From Escherichia coli (GTDB lineage: Bacteria; Pseudomonadota; Gammaproteobacteria; Enterobacterales; Enterobacteriaceae), in the NCBI RefSeq assembly GCF_003334405.1, contig NZ_QOWM01000001.1: a DNA stretch of 64,000 nt. One strand, written 5' to 3'. The translations under genes and the position numbers were made by a program. The first letter of the stretch is position 1, and the number at the start of each line of letters is the position of its first letter. Below the pieces are notes generated by a model. That model was not told the origin of the DNA. It saw only the letters and a program-made list of their open reading frames with translations, and made no database searches. Positions 51,079 to 62,737 of the stretch are shown piece by piece.

Positions 51079-52164
51079 ATGACATTACTCGCTTCGCTGC
51101 GCGACTGGCTTAAGGCGCAACAACTGGATGCAGTGCTTCTCTCCTCACGGCAGAACAAACAGCCGCATCTGGGGATCTCCACCGGATCAGGTTATGTGGT
51201 GATTAGCCGTGAAAGTGCGCACATTCTGGTGGATTCGCGCTATTACGTTGAGGTGGAAGCCCGTGCGCAAGGCTACCAGCTGCATTTGCTTGACGCGACG
51301 AACACGCTTACCACTATCGTCAATCAAATCATTGCCGATGAACAGTTGCAAACGCTCGGTTTTGAGGGCCAGCAGGTGAGTTGGGAAACCGCGCACCGCT
51401 GGCAGTCTGAACTCAATGCGAAACTGGTTAGCGCCACGCCGGATGTGCTGCGGCAAATCAAAACGCCAGAGGAGGTGGAGAAAATCCGCCTCGCCTGTGG
51501 GATTGCTGATCGCGGTGCAGAGCATATTCGCCGCTTTATTCAGGCGGGGATGAGCGAGCGCGAGATAGCCGCTGAACTGGAGTGGTTTATGCGCCAGCAG
51601 GGCGCAGAAAAAGCCTCTTTTGACACCATTGTCGCCAGTGGCTGGCGTGGGGCGCTGCCGCACGGCAAAGCCAGCGACAAGATTGTTGCAGCGGGCGAGT
51701 TTGTCACTCTCGATTTCGGTGCGCTGTATCAGGGCTACTGCTCTGATATGACGCGCACCTTGCTGGTGAATGGCGAAGGGGTGAGCGCCGAATCTCACCC
51801 GCTGTTTAACGTCTATCAAATTGTCCTGCAGGCACAGCTCGCAGCAATCTCCGCGATTCGCCCCGGCGTGCGCTGCCAGCAGGTTGACGATGCCGCGCGC
51901 CGGGTCATTACAGAAGCAGGTTATGGCGACTATTTCGGTCATAACACCGGTCACGCTATCGGCATTGAAGTTCATGAAGATCCGCGTTTTTCACCGCGGG
52001 ACACCACGACGCTACAGCCAGGCATGTTACTGACCGTGGAGCCGGGGATTTATTTGCCAGGGCAAGGGGGCGTGCGCATCGAAGATGTTGTGCTGGTTAC
52101 CCCGCAAGGCGCAGAAGTGCTCTACGCCATGCCGAAAACAGTGTTGCTCACGGGAGAGGCATAA
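51079..52164 (+). CDS. ypdF: M24-family Xaa-Pro aminopeptidase (361 aa)
   Basis: Creatinase/prolidase fold with the metal-ligand histidine context ([13 protein letters not shown]). Confidence 0.9.
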   Translation: MTLLASLRDWLKAQQLDAVLLSSRQNKQPHLGISTGSGYVVISRESAHILVDSRYYVEVEARAQGYQLHLLDATNTLTTIVNQIIADEQLQTLGFEGQQVSWETAHRWQSELNAKLVSATPDVLRQIKTPEEVEKIRLACGIADRGAEHIRRFIQAGMSEREIAAELEWFMRQQGAEKASFDTIVASGWRGALPHGKASDKIVAAGEFVTLDFGALYQGYCSDMTRTLLVNGEGVSAESHPLFNVYQIVLQAQLAAISAIRPGVRCQQVDDAARRVITEAGYGDYFGHNTGHAIGIEVHEDPRFSPRDTTTLQPGMLLTVEPGIYLPGQGGVRIEDVVLVTPQGAEVLYAMPKTVLLTGEA

Positions 52165-53201
52165 TGGATTTATCGCTATTAAAAGCGTTGAGCGAGGCAG
52201 ATGCGATCGCCTCCTCGGAACAGGAAGTGCGGCAGATCCTGCTGGAAGAAGCGGATCGCCTGCAAAAAGAAGTGCGATTTGATGGTCTGGGATCGGTGCT
52301 GATCCGCCTGAATGAATCGACAGGTCCGAAGGTGATGATCTGTGCGCATATGGACGAAGTGGGATTTATGGTGCGCAGCATCTCCCGCGAAGGGGCGATT
52401 GATGTGCTGCCGGTTGGCAACGTACGCATGGCTGCCCGCCAGCTGCAGCCGGTGCGCATCACCACCCGTGAAGAGTGCAAAATTCCAGGCCTGCTTGACG
52501 GCGACCGGCAGGGGAATGACGTCAGCGCCATGCGCGTGGACATTGGTGCGCGCTCCTATGACGAAGTGATGCAGGCGGGAATTCGTCCCGGCGATCGCGT
52601 CACGTTTGATACCACTTTTCAGGTTCTCCCTCACCAGCGAGTGATGGGGAAAGCCTTTGATGACCGCCTCGGTTGCTATCTGCTGGTGACGTTACTGCGC
52701 GAACTGCACGACGCCGAACTACCTGCGGAAGTGTGGCTGGTGGCAAGTTCCAGCGAAGAGGTGGGATTACGCGGCGGGCAAACTGCCACCCGCGCGGTGT
52801 CGCCGGACGTCGCCATTGTGCTTGATACCGCCTGCTGGGCGAAAAACTTTGATTATGGCGCGGCTAACCATCGCCAGATTGGTAACGGGCCGATGCTGGT
52901 GTTAAGCGACAAGTCGCTGATTGCGCCGCCAAAACTTACCGCCTGGGTCGAAACCGTGGCGGCAGAAATTGGCGTGCCGTTGCAGGCAGATATGTTCAGC
53001 AACGGCGGCACGGACGGCGGGGCGGTGCACTTAACCGGCACCGGCGTGCCCACAGTGGTGATGGGGCCAGCAACCCGCCATGGACATTGCGCCGCATCGA
53101 TTGCCGATTGCCGCGACATTTTGCAGATGCAGCAACTTTTATCTGCCCTTATTCAACGTCTTACGCGTGAGACGGTTGTTCAACTGACGGATTTCAGATG
53201 A
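52164..53201 (+). CDS. ypdE: M42-family aminopeptidase (345 aa)
   Basis: FrvX/M42 peptidase-like sequence; start overlaps the ypdF stop. Confidence 0.9.
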   Translation: MDLSLLKALSEADAIASSEQEVRQILLEEADRLQKEVRFDGLGSVLIRLNESTGPKVMICAHMDEVGFMVRSISREGAIDVLPVGNVRMAARQLQPVRITTREECKIPGLLDGDRQGNDVSAMRVDIGARSYDEVMQAGIRPGDRVTFDTTFQVLPHQRVMGKAFDDRLGCYLLVTLLRELHDAELPAEVWLVASSSEEVGLRGGQTATRAVSPDVAIVLDTACWAKNFDYGAANHRQIGNGPMLVLSDKSLIAPPKLTAWVETVAAEIGVPLQADMFSNGGTDGGAVHLTGTGVPTVVMGPATRHGHCAASIADCRDILQMQQLLSALIQRLTRETVVQLTDFR

Positions 53202-53225
53202 TCTCCTGATTAACCCGGAGCGGTT

Positions 53226-55721
53226 ATGTTAACGATTCAATTTCTCTGTCCTTTGCCTAACGGTCTACATGCTCGTCCGGCGTGGGAACTTAAAGAACAG
53301 TGCAGCCAGTGGCAAAGCGAAATCACTTTTATTAACCATCGCCAGAACGCAAAGGCAGATGCGAAAAGCTCGCTGGCGCTGATTGGCACCGGCACCCTAT
53401 TTAATGACAGTTGCAGCCTGAACATTAGCGGCAGCGATGAAGAGCAGGCGCGGCGCGTGCTGGAAGAGTACATCCAGGTGCGCTTTATCGACAGCGACAG
53501 CGTTCAGCCTACGCAGGCAGAACTGACGGCGCATCCGCTGCCGCGTTCATTAAGCCGCCTTAACCCGGATTTACTGTACGGCAATGTGCTGGCAAGCGGC
53601 GTCGGCGTGGGTACGCTGACCCTGTTACAAAGCGACAGCCTCGACAGTTATCGGGCAATCCCCGCCAGTGCGCAAGATTCCACCCGGCTGGAGCACAGCC
53701 TGGCAACGCTTGCCGAGCAACTGAACCAGCAATTGCGTGAGCGTGACGGCGAAAGCAAAACTATCCTCAGCGCCCATTTGTCGCTGATTCAGGATGATGA
53801 ATTTGCAGGCAATATCCGTCGCCTGATGACAGAACAGCATCAGGGGCTGGGGGCGGCGATCATCAGCAATATGGAGCAGGTTTGCGCCAAACTTTCTGCC
53901 TCTGCCAGCGATTATCTGCGCGAACGTGTTAGCGACATTCGCGATATCAGCGAACAGTTGCTGCATATCACCTGGCCGGAACTGAAGCCGCGCAACAAGC
54001 TGGTGCTTGAAAAACCGACCATTCTGGTGGCTGAAGATTTAACCCCAAGCCAGTTTTTGAGCCTTGATTTGAAAAATCTTGCGGGCATGATTCTGGAGAA
54101 AACCGGGCGCACCTCGCATACACTGATTCTGGCCCGTGCCTCGGCGATCCCGGTACTGAGTGGCTTGCCGCTGGATGCGATTGCCCGTTATGCCGGGCAA
54201 CCTGCAGTGCTTGACGCCCAGTGCGGCGTGCTGGCGATTAACCCGAATGACGCGGTGAGCGGTTATTATCAGGTCGCGCAGACGCTGGCGGATAAACGCC
54301 AAAAACAACAGGCGCAGGCTGCCGCGCAGCTGGCCTATTCCCGTGATAACAAGCGTATTGATATTGCGGCGAATATCGGCACCGCTCTGGAAGCGCCAGG
54401 CGCGTTTGCCAACGGCGCGGAAGGTGTCGGGCTGTTCCGTACCGAAATGCTCTATATGGATCGCGACAGCGCGCCGGACGAGCAGGAGCAATTTGAAGCC
54501 TACCAGCAGGTGCTACTGGCGGCGGGCGACAAGCCGATTATCTTCCGCACGATGGACATCGGCGGCGATAAAAGCATTCCTTATCTGAATATTCCCCAGG
54601 AAGAGAACCCGTTCCTCGGCTATCGCGCGGTACGTATTTACCCGGAATTTGCTGGCCTGTTCCGCACTCAACTGCGGGCCATTTTGCGCGCCGCCAGTTT
54701 CGGCAACGCCCAGTTGATGATCCCGATGGTTCACAGCCTCGATCAGATCTTATGGGTGAAAGGCGAGATCCAAAAAGCGATCGTTGAGCTTAAGCGCGAT
54801 GGCCTGCGTCATGCAGAGACGATTACGCTTGGGATCATGGTGGAAGTTCCGTCGGTGTGCTACATCATCGACCACTTCTGCGATGAGGTCGATTTCTTCA
54901 GTATCGGCTCCAACGATATGACCCAGTATCTGTATGCGGTCGATCGTAATAACCCGCGCGTATCGCCGCTATATAACCCGATTACGCCATCGTTCCTGCG
55001 CATGTTGCAGCAAATAGTTACCACTGCGCATCAGCGGGGCAAATGGGTAGGCATTTGCGGTGAACTGGGCGGTGAAAGCCGTTATCTGCCGCTACTGCTT
55101 GGGCTGGGCCTGGATGAGCTGAGTATGAGTAGCCCGCGTATTCCGGCGGTGAAAAGCCAGCTTCGTCAACTGGATAGCGAGGCGTGTCGGGAACTGGCGC
55201 GTCAGGCATGTGAATGCCGCAGTGCGCAGGAAATTGAAGCGTTACTCACCGCCTTTACGCCGGAAGAAGACGTTCGCCCACTGCTGGCGCTGGAGAATAT
55301 CTTTGTTGATCAGGATTTTAGCAATAAAGAGCAGGCGATCCAGTTCCTGTGCGGCAACCTCGGCGTTAACGGGCGCACTGAACATCCGTTTGAGCTGGAA
55401 GAAGATGTCTGGCAGCGGGAAGAGATTGTTACCACCGGCGTTGGTTTTGGCGTAGCGATCCCGCACACCAAATCTCAGTGGATCCGTCATTCCAGTATCA
55501 GCATTGCCCGGCTGGCGAAACCGATTGGCTGGCAGTCAGAAATGGGCGAAGTCGAACTGGTGATCATGCTGACGCTGGGTGCTAACGAAGGGATGAATCA
55601 TGTGAAAGTCTTCTCGCAGCTGGCGCGTAAACTGGTGAATAAAAACTTCCGCCAGTCGTTGTTTGCCGCGCAAGATGCACAAAGTATCCTGACGCTGCTG
55701 GAAACAGAATTAACCTTCTGA
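53226..55721 (+). CDS. fryA: multidomain PTS protein FryA (HPr-like, Enzyme I-like and EIIA-like domains; 831 aa)
   Basis: N-terminal HPr-like His motif (GLHARPA), central PEP-utilising enzyme domain, C-terminal EIIA-Fru-like domain. Confidence 0.92.
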   Translation: MLTIQFLCPLPNGLHARPAWELKEQCSQWQSEITFINHRQNAKADAKSSLALIGTGTLFNDSCSLNISGSDEEQARRVLEEYIQVRFIDSDSVQPTQAELTAHPLPRSLSRLNPDLLYGNVLASGVGVGTLTLLQSDSLDSYRAIPASAQDSTRLEHSLATLAEQLNQQLRERDGESKTILSAHLSLIQDDEFAGNIRRLMTEQHQGLGAAIISNMEQVCAKLSASASDYLRERVSDIRDISEQLLHITWPELKPRNKLVLEKPTILVAEDLTPSQFLSLDLKNLAGMILEKTGRTSHTLILARASAIPVLSGLPLDAIARYAGQPAVLDAQCGVLAINPNDAVSGYYQVAQTLADKRQKQQAQAAAQLAYSRDNKRIDIAANIGTALEAPGAFANGAEGVGLFRTEMLYMDRDSAPDEQEQFEAYQQVLLAAGDKPIIFRTMDIGGDKSIPYLNIPQEENPFLGYRAVRIYPEFAGLFRTQLRAILRAASFGNAQLMIPMVHSLDQILWVKGEIQKAIVELKRDGLRHAETITLGIMVEVPSVCYIIDHFCDEVDFFSIGSNDMTQYLYAVDRNNPRVSPLYNPITPSFLRMLQQIVTTAHQRGKWVGICGELGGESRYLPLLLGLGLDELSMSSPRIPAVKSQLRQLDSEACRELARQACECRSAQEIEALLTAFTPEEDVRPLLALENIFVDQDFSNKEQAIQFLCGNLGVNGRTEHPFELEEDVWQREEIVTTGVGFGVAIPHTKSQWIRHSSISIARLAKPIGWQSEMGEVELVIMLTLGANEGMNHVKVFSQLARKLVNKNFRQSLFAAQDAQSILTLLETELTF

Positions 55722-55723
55722 CG

Positions 55724-56581
55724 TTAGCCCTGAAAACGGGCGCTGTACTCTCCCGGCGTCAGACCAAACTGACGCCGGAAAACGCGACAAAAATAGTCGC
55801 TATCCGGAAAACCGCAACGCTGTGCCACTTCATGAATTGACAGATGATATTTCTGCAAAATCATCCTCGCCTTCGCCATTCGCACCCAACGCACATACTC
55901 GATAAAACGCATCGTTCCATGCTGAGCAAACAGTTTTGACAGATGATTGGGCGTGATATTAAAAAACTGCGCCACGCTCTCGCGGGTGAGCGGCTGGGCA
56001 TAATTATCCTGAACCCAGTTACAAATGCTGTGATAGAGAAAATCGCCGCGCGGCTGCGAATTGCCCGGCGGCATATTCACCACGCTACGGCAAAGATGCA
56101 GCAAACTTAACACCAGCGGCTGAATGATATTTTGCTCCAGCGGCGAACGGCTAAGATGGGTGAGGGCGGTAAGCATCGCTTCACCTTCACCGCGTTGCAG
56201 GCTGGGAAGCTGGATCTGGCGAGCAGGATGCAACAACGACGTGGTGCGGCTATCGTAAAACGATAACCCAAGCCAGGTCGGAGCGAACACCAGGCTTAAC
56301 AGCATCACCGGTTTGTTGTTGACCGGTAAATTAGCCGCGCGCGCCGGAATAAACAGCATTTCTCCTTCCACCAAACGTTGCTGCTTTGCTTCCAGCAGAT
56401 TGCCGTATTCGCCGCGCAGCACGATATCCAGACGGGGAAAATCAATACATAAACTGCCCACCGGCAACGAGGCAGGCTGGCTGGCAAACCAGACGCGCCC
56501 CAGTAGTTGCGGGTTAAGCACCAGGCCGCTGAACAGATCGGCGAAAAATTGTTGATCGGCGGGCAAGCCTGGTGCTTTCAT
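55724..56581 (-). CDS. ypdC: AraC-family transcriptional regulator YpdC (285 aa)
   Basis: C-terminal AraC-type HTH; downstream of ypdAB on the same strand. Confidence 0.88.
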   Translation of the reverse strand: MKAPGLPADQQFFADLFSGLVLNPQLLGRVWFASQPASLPVGSLCIDFPRLDIVLRGEYGNLLEAKQQRLVEGEMLFIPARAANLPVNNKPVMLLSLVFAPTWLGLSFYDSRTTSLLHPARQIQLPSLQRGEGEAMLTALTHLSRSPLEQNIIQPLVLSLLHLCRSVVNMPPGNSQPRGDFLYHSICNWVQDNYAQPLTRESVAQFFNITPNHLSKLFAQHGTMRFIEYVRWVRMAKARMILQKYHLSIHEVAQRCGFPDSDYFCRVFRRQFGLTPGEYSARFQG

Positions 56582-56593
56582 GAAAGTTCCCGA

Positions 56594-57328
56594 TTAAAGA
56601 TGCATTAACTGGCGAAATTCTTTCACTTTGCTGCGGCTGACCGGCACTTCAAAATCCAGATCTTTCAGTCGCAGAATGTAGGTGTTATTAAACCACGGTT
56701 CGATTTCGCGTATTTTGTTCAGATTGACACAAAATGAGCGATGGCAGCGGAAAAAATGCGACGGCGGCAGTTTGCTGCAAAATTCGGTAATGTTCATCGG
56801 CATTACGTAGGATTCACGCCGCGTATAGACAAAGGTCATTTTCTCGTGCGCTTCGGCGTAATAGATATCGTTAATTGGCGTGACGATTATTCGCTCATCT
56901 TTCACCAGATTAATGGTGTCATTCTCACGCGTTACCGTCGCGGCAGGCGTACTGCTGGTCTGCTGTTGTTGCCAGGCCGCTTCCAGTTTTTGCAGCATCC
57001 CGGTAATACGTGACTCCTGATACGGTTTGAGAATGTAGTCAAACGCCTCCAGTTCAAACGCTTCTACCGCATGTTCTTTCCACGCGGTGATGAACACAAT
57101 AAACGGTTTATGGGCGAACTGGCTGATGTTTTGCGCCAGCAATACGCCATCCAGCGACGGAATATTGATATCCAGAAAAATGGCGTCGACGCGGTTATGC
57201 TGCAAAAACTTCAACACGTCCAGACCGTCGTCAAAGGTGCCGACAATCTCCATCTGGCTGTGCTCTTTAATTAGCCAGCTCAGTTCCTGTTGTGCCAGGA
57301 ATTCGTCTTCAACAATGATGACTTTCAC
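56594..57328 (-). CDS. ypdB: LytTR-family response regulator YpdB (244 aa)
   Basis: REC domain plus LytTR DNA-binding domain; GTG start at 57328 with GGAG 7 nt upstream; the track uses TTG at 57346. Confidence 0.88.
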   Translation of the reverse strand: MKVIIVEDEFLAQQELSWLIKEHSQMEIVGTFDDGLDVLKFLQHNRVDAIFLDINIPSLDGVLLAQNISQFAHKPFIVFITAWKEHAVEAFELEAFDYILKPYQESRITGMLQKLEAAWQQQQTSSTPAATVTRENDTINLVKDERIIVTPINDIYYAEAHEKMTFVYTRRESYVMPMNITEFCSKLPPSHFFRCHRSFCVNLNKIREIEPWFNNTYILRLKDLDFEVPVSRSKVKEFRQLMHL

Positions 57329-57342
57329 AATATCACTCCGGC

Positions 57343-59040
57343 TCAAAGCAATAACGTAGCCTGTGAGGCGACTGGGGTGCGTTGGTTAGGAATGTAAAAC
57401 GCAATTTCCGTCCCCGGCTCCAGGCGGCGGATATGCAGCCCCTCGCCATACAATAACTTCACGCGATGATGGACATTCAGCAGGCCAATTTTATTGCCCG
57501 GCATTTCATTCGCTTCGACCCGCTCAATCACCTTTGGATCGATGCCGTGCCCGGTATCTCGCACCGCAATGCGTACCCGATTTCCGCACTCTGCAACGCT
57601 GATGGTGACAACGCCTTTACCTTTGCAAGGCTGAATACCGTGGACAATGGCGTTCTCCACCAACGGCTGGATCAGCAGGCTGGGAATGCAGCAATTCACC
57701 TCTTCATCAATATCATAGATAACCGTCAGCTTGTCACCAAAGCGGGCCTGCTCAATGGCAATATAGTCTTTAATTTGATACAGCTCTTTTTTGATATCGA
57801 TTTGCTCATCGTCTTTTAATTCAATGTTATAGCGCAGATAACGCGACAGATTAAAGATCAACTGGCGAGCGGTATCCGGATTCAGACGGATTGACGATGA
57901 AATAGCGTTCAGAGCGTTAAACAGAAAATGGGGATTAATTTTGCTTTGCAGGGCGCGAAGCTCTGCCTTATTTGCCATTTCACGTAGCTGCTCGGCGCGT
58001 GAAACCTCCAGTTGCGTGGAGATGATTTGCGACAGACCGACCGCCATTTCCTGTAATGACGAGGTGATCTGATGCGCGTGGCAGTAGTAAATTTTCAGCG
58101 TTCCGGTCACGACCCCTTTCTCCCACAATGGGATCACCAGCATGGAATGAATCTCTGGTGTGCGGTGGGCTTCATCATTGTTTTTAATGATGATTTTTCC
58201 GTAATTCATCGCCTGACGGGTAGTCGGGCTAATGAAGTCATCGCCATTCTGATAGTTATGTTCACCCACGCCAACATAGGCCAGCACATGATCGGTATTA
58301 GTAATCGCCACCGCATCGGCGTGAATGTCATCGCGGATAATTTCGCAGACCTTGCGTAATGACTCGCTATTGACATGGCGAAACAGCGGTAGCGTTTTGT
58401 TGGCGATATCCAGCGCCAGCTTGGCCTGCCGCGCGGCGCTGGCCTCTTTTTCGCCCTCAACGCTTTGCACCAGAAGCACAATAAAGCCGATACAGACGCT
58501 ACCGAGGATCATTGGAATGCCGATTTTAGAGACGATATCGATCCCCAACGCGGTAGTTGGTGCCCAGACAATTACCAGAATCATGGTCAACGTCTCACAC
58601 AACATGCCGCCGAGAATACCGACGCGCCAGCGCTGTGCTTTGGGGATTTTCAGGTTGATCCAGCCCGATATACAACCCGCCAGAATGCTGGTGATAAAGC
58701 AGGGGATCGCCGTCACGCCGCCGATATCAATTAAATACCGGTGAATACCCGCAATCACGCCGGTAATGATGCCTACCCACGGGCCAAACAGAATCCCGCC
58801 GGACATCACCGCGATAATACGTACGTTCACCAGCGAGCCTTCTACGGGAACGCCGGACCAGGTGCTGAACAGGGCGAACAGCGAGAAAATGGCGGTAACG
58901 GCGAGCAATTCTTTTGGGGAGTGCGCCGACTTGTGCAACAGTTCGCGAAACAGGCGGATACGGATGAGAAAGAACAGGCAGATAAGCATTAACGCTGCCC
59001 GATCGAAGACCGCCAGCAGCATGTTGAATATTTCGTGCAC
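57343..59040 (-). CDS. ypdA: LytS-type sensor histidine kinase YpdA (565 aa)
   Basis: N-terminal multi-TM 5TM-Lyt domain, GAF-like segment, His-kinase H-box region ([13 protein letters not shown]) and ATPase domain. Confidence 0.92.
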
Positions 59041-59415
59041 GGGTGACTCTGAATAAGGATTAAACCTCTATGATAGGTAACCTGAAGGCTGATGACCAGC
59101 AGGCCGTTTTTGAGGAAAAACCACAATTTTAAAATGGGATTGATAGATAAATGGTGTATTAGCAATGCATCTCTTGATAATGCACTTCTGGTTAGTAAAT
59201 TTATTGAAATTATTATGTTAATAAAATGAGTGGTAATTTTCTTGTTAGCGCAGATAAATTTCCTGTTTTTAAAGCAGAGTTCCTCATTTAACGTCATTAA
59301 TAAAATGTTCTAAAACGCTGGACAGACAGAAATTAATCAGGCTATTTTCAAAACAGCCACCATCGTGGCAGCGTCGCTCGGACGGTCCGGGCGCTAACGT
59401 TAATCTGAGGAAATT

Positions 59416-60654
59416 ATGGCTGACACTCGCCCTGAACGTCGCTTTACGCGCATTGATCGTCTCCCGCCCTACGTTTTTAACATCACCGCTGAACTGAAAA
59501 TGGCTGCGCGTCGGCGCGGCGAAGATATTATCGATTTCAGCATGGGTAACCCGGACGGTGCGACTCCGCCGCATATCGTCGAAAAATTATGTACTGTGGC
59601 CCAGCGCCCGGACACGCATGGTTACTCCACTTCACGCGGCATTCCGCGGTTACGTCGCGCCATTTCCCGCTGGTATCAGGATCGCTACGACGTTGAAATC
59701 GACCCGGAATCAGAAGCCATCGTCACTATTGGTTCGAAAGAGGGCCTGGCGCATCTGATGCTGGCGACGCTGGATCATGGTGACACGGTGCTGGTGCCGA
59801 ATCCAAGTTACCCGATCCATATTTATGGCGCGGTGATTGCCGGGGCGCAGGTACGCTCAGTGCCGCTGGTGGAAGGTGTCGATTTCTTCAACGAACTGGA
59901 GCGAGCCATTCGTGAAAGTTATCCGAAACCGAAGATGATGATCCTCGGCTTCCCGTCAAACCCAACCGCGCAATGCGTGGAACTGGAGTTCTTCGAAAAA
60001 GTAGTGGCGCTGGCGAAACGCTACGATGTGCTGGTGGTCCATGACCTGGCCTATGCCGATATCGTCTACGATGGCTGGAAAGCGCCGTCAATTATGCAGG
60101 TACCGGGTGCACGCGATGTGGCAGTCGAGTTCTTTACGCTGTCGAAAAGCTACAACATGGCGGGCTGGCGTATCGGCTTTATGGTTGGCAACAAAACGCT
60201 GGTCAGCGCCCTGGCTCGTATTAAAAGCTATCACGATTACGGCACCTTTACGCCGTTGCAGGTGGCGGCGATTGCGGCGCTGGAGGGCGATCAACAGTGC
60301 GTGCGCGACATTGCCGAACAGTACAAACGCCGCCGTGATGTATTGGTTAAAGGGCTGCATGAAGCGGGCTGGATGGTTGAAATGCCGAAGGCTTCGATGT
60401 ATGTCTGGGCGAAAATCCCGGAACCATATGCGGCCATGGGATCGCTGGAATTTGCCAAGAAGCTCCTTAACGAAGCGAAGGTTTGTGTCTCGCCGGGGAT
60501 TGGCTTTGGCGACTATGGTGATACGCATGTTCGCTTTGCACTGATTGAAAACCGCGACCGTATTCGTCAGGCCATCAGAGGGATTAAAGCGATGTTCCGT
60601 GCCGACGGTTTACTACCCGCCAGCAGCAAACATATTCACGAAAACGCGGAATAA
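59416..60654 (+). CDS. alaC: class I PLP aminotransferase, glutamate-pyruvate aminotransferase AlaC (412 aa)
   Basis: Aminotransferase fold with the PLP-lysine motif ([12 protein letters not shown]). Confidence 0.93.
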   Translation: MADTRPERRFTRIDRLPPYVFNITAELKMAARRRGEDIIDFSMGNPDGATPPHIVEKLCTVAQRPDTHGYSTSRGIPRLRRAISRWYQDRYDVEIDPESEAIVTIGSKEGLAHLMLATLDHGDTVLVPNPSYPIHIYGAVIAGAQVRSVPLVEGVDFFNELERAIRESYPKPKMMILGFPSNPTAQCVELEFFEKVVALAKRYDVLVVHDLAYADIVYDGWKAPSIMQVPGARDVAVEFFTLSKSYNMAGWRIGFMVGNKTLVSALARIKSYHDYGTFTPLQVAAIAALEGDQQCVRDIAEQYKRRRDVLVKGLHEAGWMVEMPKASMYVWAKIPEPYAAMGSLEFAKKLLNEAKVCVSPGIGFGDYGDTHVRFALIENRDRIRQAIRGIKAMFRADGLLPASSKHIHENAE

Positions 60655-60673
60655 ACACCGTCGTCAGAAATGC

Positions 60674-60701
60674 AAACAGGAGCCTGATGGCTCCTGTTTT
60701 T
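60674..60701. terminator. bidirectional intrinsic terminator between alaC and ypdK
   Basis: Hairpin acaggagcc-tgat-ggctcctgt followed by T5. Confidence 0.7.
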
Positions 60702-60718
60702 CATTGCACAGTTTGCTT

Positions 60719-60790
60719 TTAGATCATCAGGGCAAAAGTACCGGCCCAAACGATGACCATAAAAGAAATGCCCATAAAGAAATATTTCAC
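60719..60790 (-). CDS. ypdK: small membrane protein YpdK (23 aa), GTG start
   Basis: Minus-strand frame GTG-AAA-TAT-TTC-TTT-ATG-GGC... encodes MKYFFMGISFMVIVWAGTFALMI; a single TM helix; below the ORF-track threshold. Confidence 0.65.
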   Translation of the reverse strand: MKYFFMGISFMVIVWAGTFALMI

Positions 60791-61145
60791 TTTACATCTC
60801 TCCGCGTAATTACTGTTACGCCTGAATGACTTCATTACACCTGATACAGTGAGTTGACACCGGGCAAAGCGACCTTAAAAGCCCTGTATTTTACCGTGGG
60901 CATCACCCCAGAATTCTGAGCTAAACTGCTCGAGACGGCGCTAATGTACGCCTAAAACTGAAACGAGACAAGAGGCATTTTCTTATTTACTTTTAGTAAC
61001 TTACAAGTGTCTCATATCGGCGACAGTTTAATTTCTGACGGTAATAATTAGATATTCAGCGAAGGAAAAAACCTTAAGAAAAAAGCCATAAAAACCATGA
61101 GGTTATTATGGCCGATTTGAGGAGGGAAAGAGTAAGAGCAGTTTG

Positions 61146-62066
61146 TTAAATGTACAACGACGATTCTCCCACCGGGCGCGTTTTAAAGCGACGGTGGATC
61201 CAGAGGTACTGCTCCGGTGCGCGCATGATCTCTTTCTCGATAATCTTGTTCATATAGGCAGCGGCTTGATTTTCATCTGTCGGGTAGCCTTCCATCTCTG
61301 GGGTGATGAACAAACGATATCCGCTGTAATCCGCTTTTCTTACCATCGTTACGGTCAACATGGCTGCGCCAGAGAGACGGGAGAGAACATAGGTGCCATT
61401 GGTTGTGGCGACATTTTCCACCGCAAAGAACGGCGCGAAGGAGCTGCCTTTACGACCATAATCCTGATCGGGAGCAAACCATACCGCTTCACCTTTCTTC
61501 AGTGCACCGACAATGCCGCGCAGATTATTTCTGCCGATCATCGCTTTGTTAGAGCGCATGCGCCCACGGGTCTGCACCCATTCCATCAGCTGATTATTAT
61601 GTGGACGATAGGTAGCCATCATTGGTTGGCACAGTCCCATCACGCGGCCGCCCAGTTCCAGCGACATAAAATGGACGCCGACAACCATTACGCCGCGATT
61701 TTGCATTTGTGCGCGTTTAAGGTTATCCAACCCTTCAACATCAAACCATTTACGTACGCGACTGTCGGGCCAGAACCATGCCATGCCGGTTTCTACCAGC
61801 GCCATGCCGAGTGAACGAAAGTTTTCGGCAATCATCTTCTCGCGTTCTTCCGCAGAATGCTGCGGGAAACAAAGTTCCAGGTTTTTACGGGCGATAGATT
61901 CACGACGTTTCAGGAATGGTCGCGCCATTGCGCCAATACGCGTGCCGAGAAAGCAGAGAACAGGATAAGGAAGCTGTACCCAAAGCCAGAGTACACCAAG
62001 CCCAAACCATGTGAGCCAGTAGCGAGGATGTAGAAACTCGCGGGAAAATTTGCATTGTGGAAACAT
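61146..62066 (-). CDS. lpxP: lipid A palmitoleoyl-ACP acyltransferase LpxP (306 aa)
   Basis: HtrB/LpxL-family acyltransferase; start at MFPQCKFSREF...; the track ORF is extended 22 codons upstream. Confidence 0.9.
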   Translation of the reverse strand: MFPQCKFSREFLHPRYWLTWFGLGVLWLWVQLPYPVLCFLGTRIGAMARPFLKRRESIARKNLELCFPQHSAEEREKMIAENFRSLGMALVETGMAWFWPDSRVRKWFDVEGLDNLKRAQMQNRGVMVVGVHFMSLELGGRVMGLCQPMMATYRPHNNQLMEWVQTRGRMRSNKAMIGRNNLRGIVGALKKGEAVWFAPDQDYGRKGSSFAPFFAVENVATTNGTYVLSRLSGAAMLTVTMVRKADYSGYRLFITPEMEGYPTDENQAAAYMNKIIEKEIMRAPEQYLWIHRRFKTRPVGESSLYI

Positions 62067-62418
62067 AGTTACCTTCTGTAGATACGAATTGTTGTATCGC
62101 AGAAGATTCCATGTCGACAGCGGTACACTCAATTGGTTGGGCCATCATGTACGACAATGGTTCCTGTAAAGAGTGTAAAGACTAGTCAGGACATAACCAC
62201 GAGGAGCATGAAGGCGGTATCTGTACTTTATCACTCGCTGACTGCTTTCAGCTACTGATTATTAATCGTGCAAAGTAAATATTTTTCCGTACACAACAGT
62301 CTTGCATTTAACATGCTGTTTTCATTGATGCTTAGCAAAAATTGCCAGAGGTTAAGGATTGTCTTACTATTAAAGTGACTGAAGTTACAGGTTTTTTAGC
62401 GCGGCAGGAGGTTGAGCT

Positions 62419-62661
62419 ATGATTAATTTATGGATGTTTCTCGCCCTGTGTATTGTCTGCGTAAGCGGCTACATCGGTCAGGTACTGAACGTGGTATCGG
62501 CGGTCTCTTCTTTCTTCGGCATGGTGATCCTCGCTGCACTCATTTATTACTTCACCATGTGGTTAACTGGCGGTAATGAACTAGTGACGGGGATATTTAT
62601 GTTTCTTGCCCCGGCTTGTGGCTTGATGATTCGCTTTATGGTGGGGTATGGCAGGCGGTAG
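62419..62661 (+). CDS. yfdY: small membrane protein YfdY (80 aa)
   Basis: 80-aa ORF with two hydrophobic helices. Confidence 0.75.
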   Translation: MINLWMFLALCIVCVSGYIGQVLNVVSAVSSFFGMVILAALIYYFTMWLTGGNELVTGIFMFLAPACGLMIRFMVGYGRR

Positions 62662-62737
62662 TGGGTCAGGATGGCTCATTTGGGCAGGTGTTCACATCAG
62701 CATCAGACATGATTGTTCACCTGCCATGTGAAAGACG

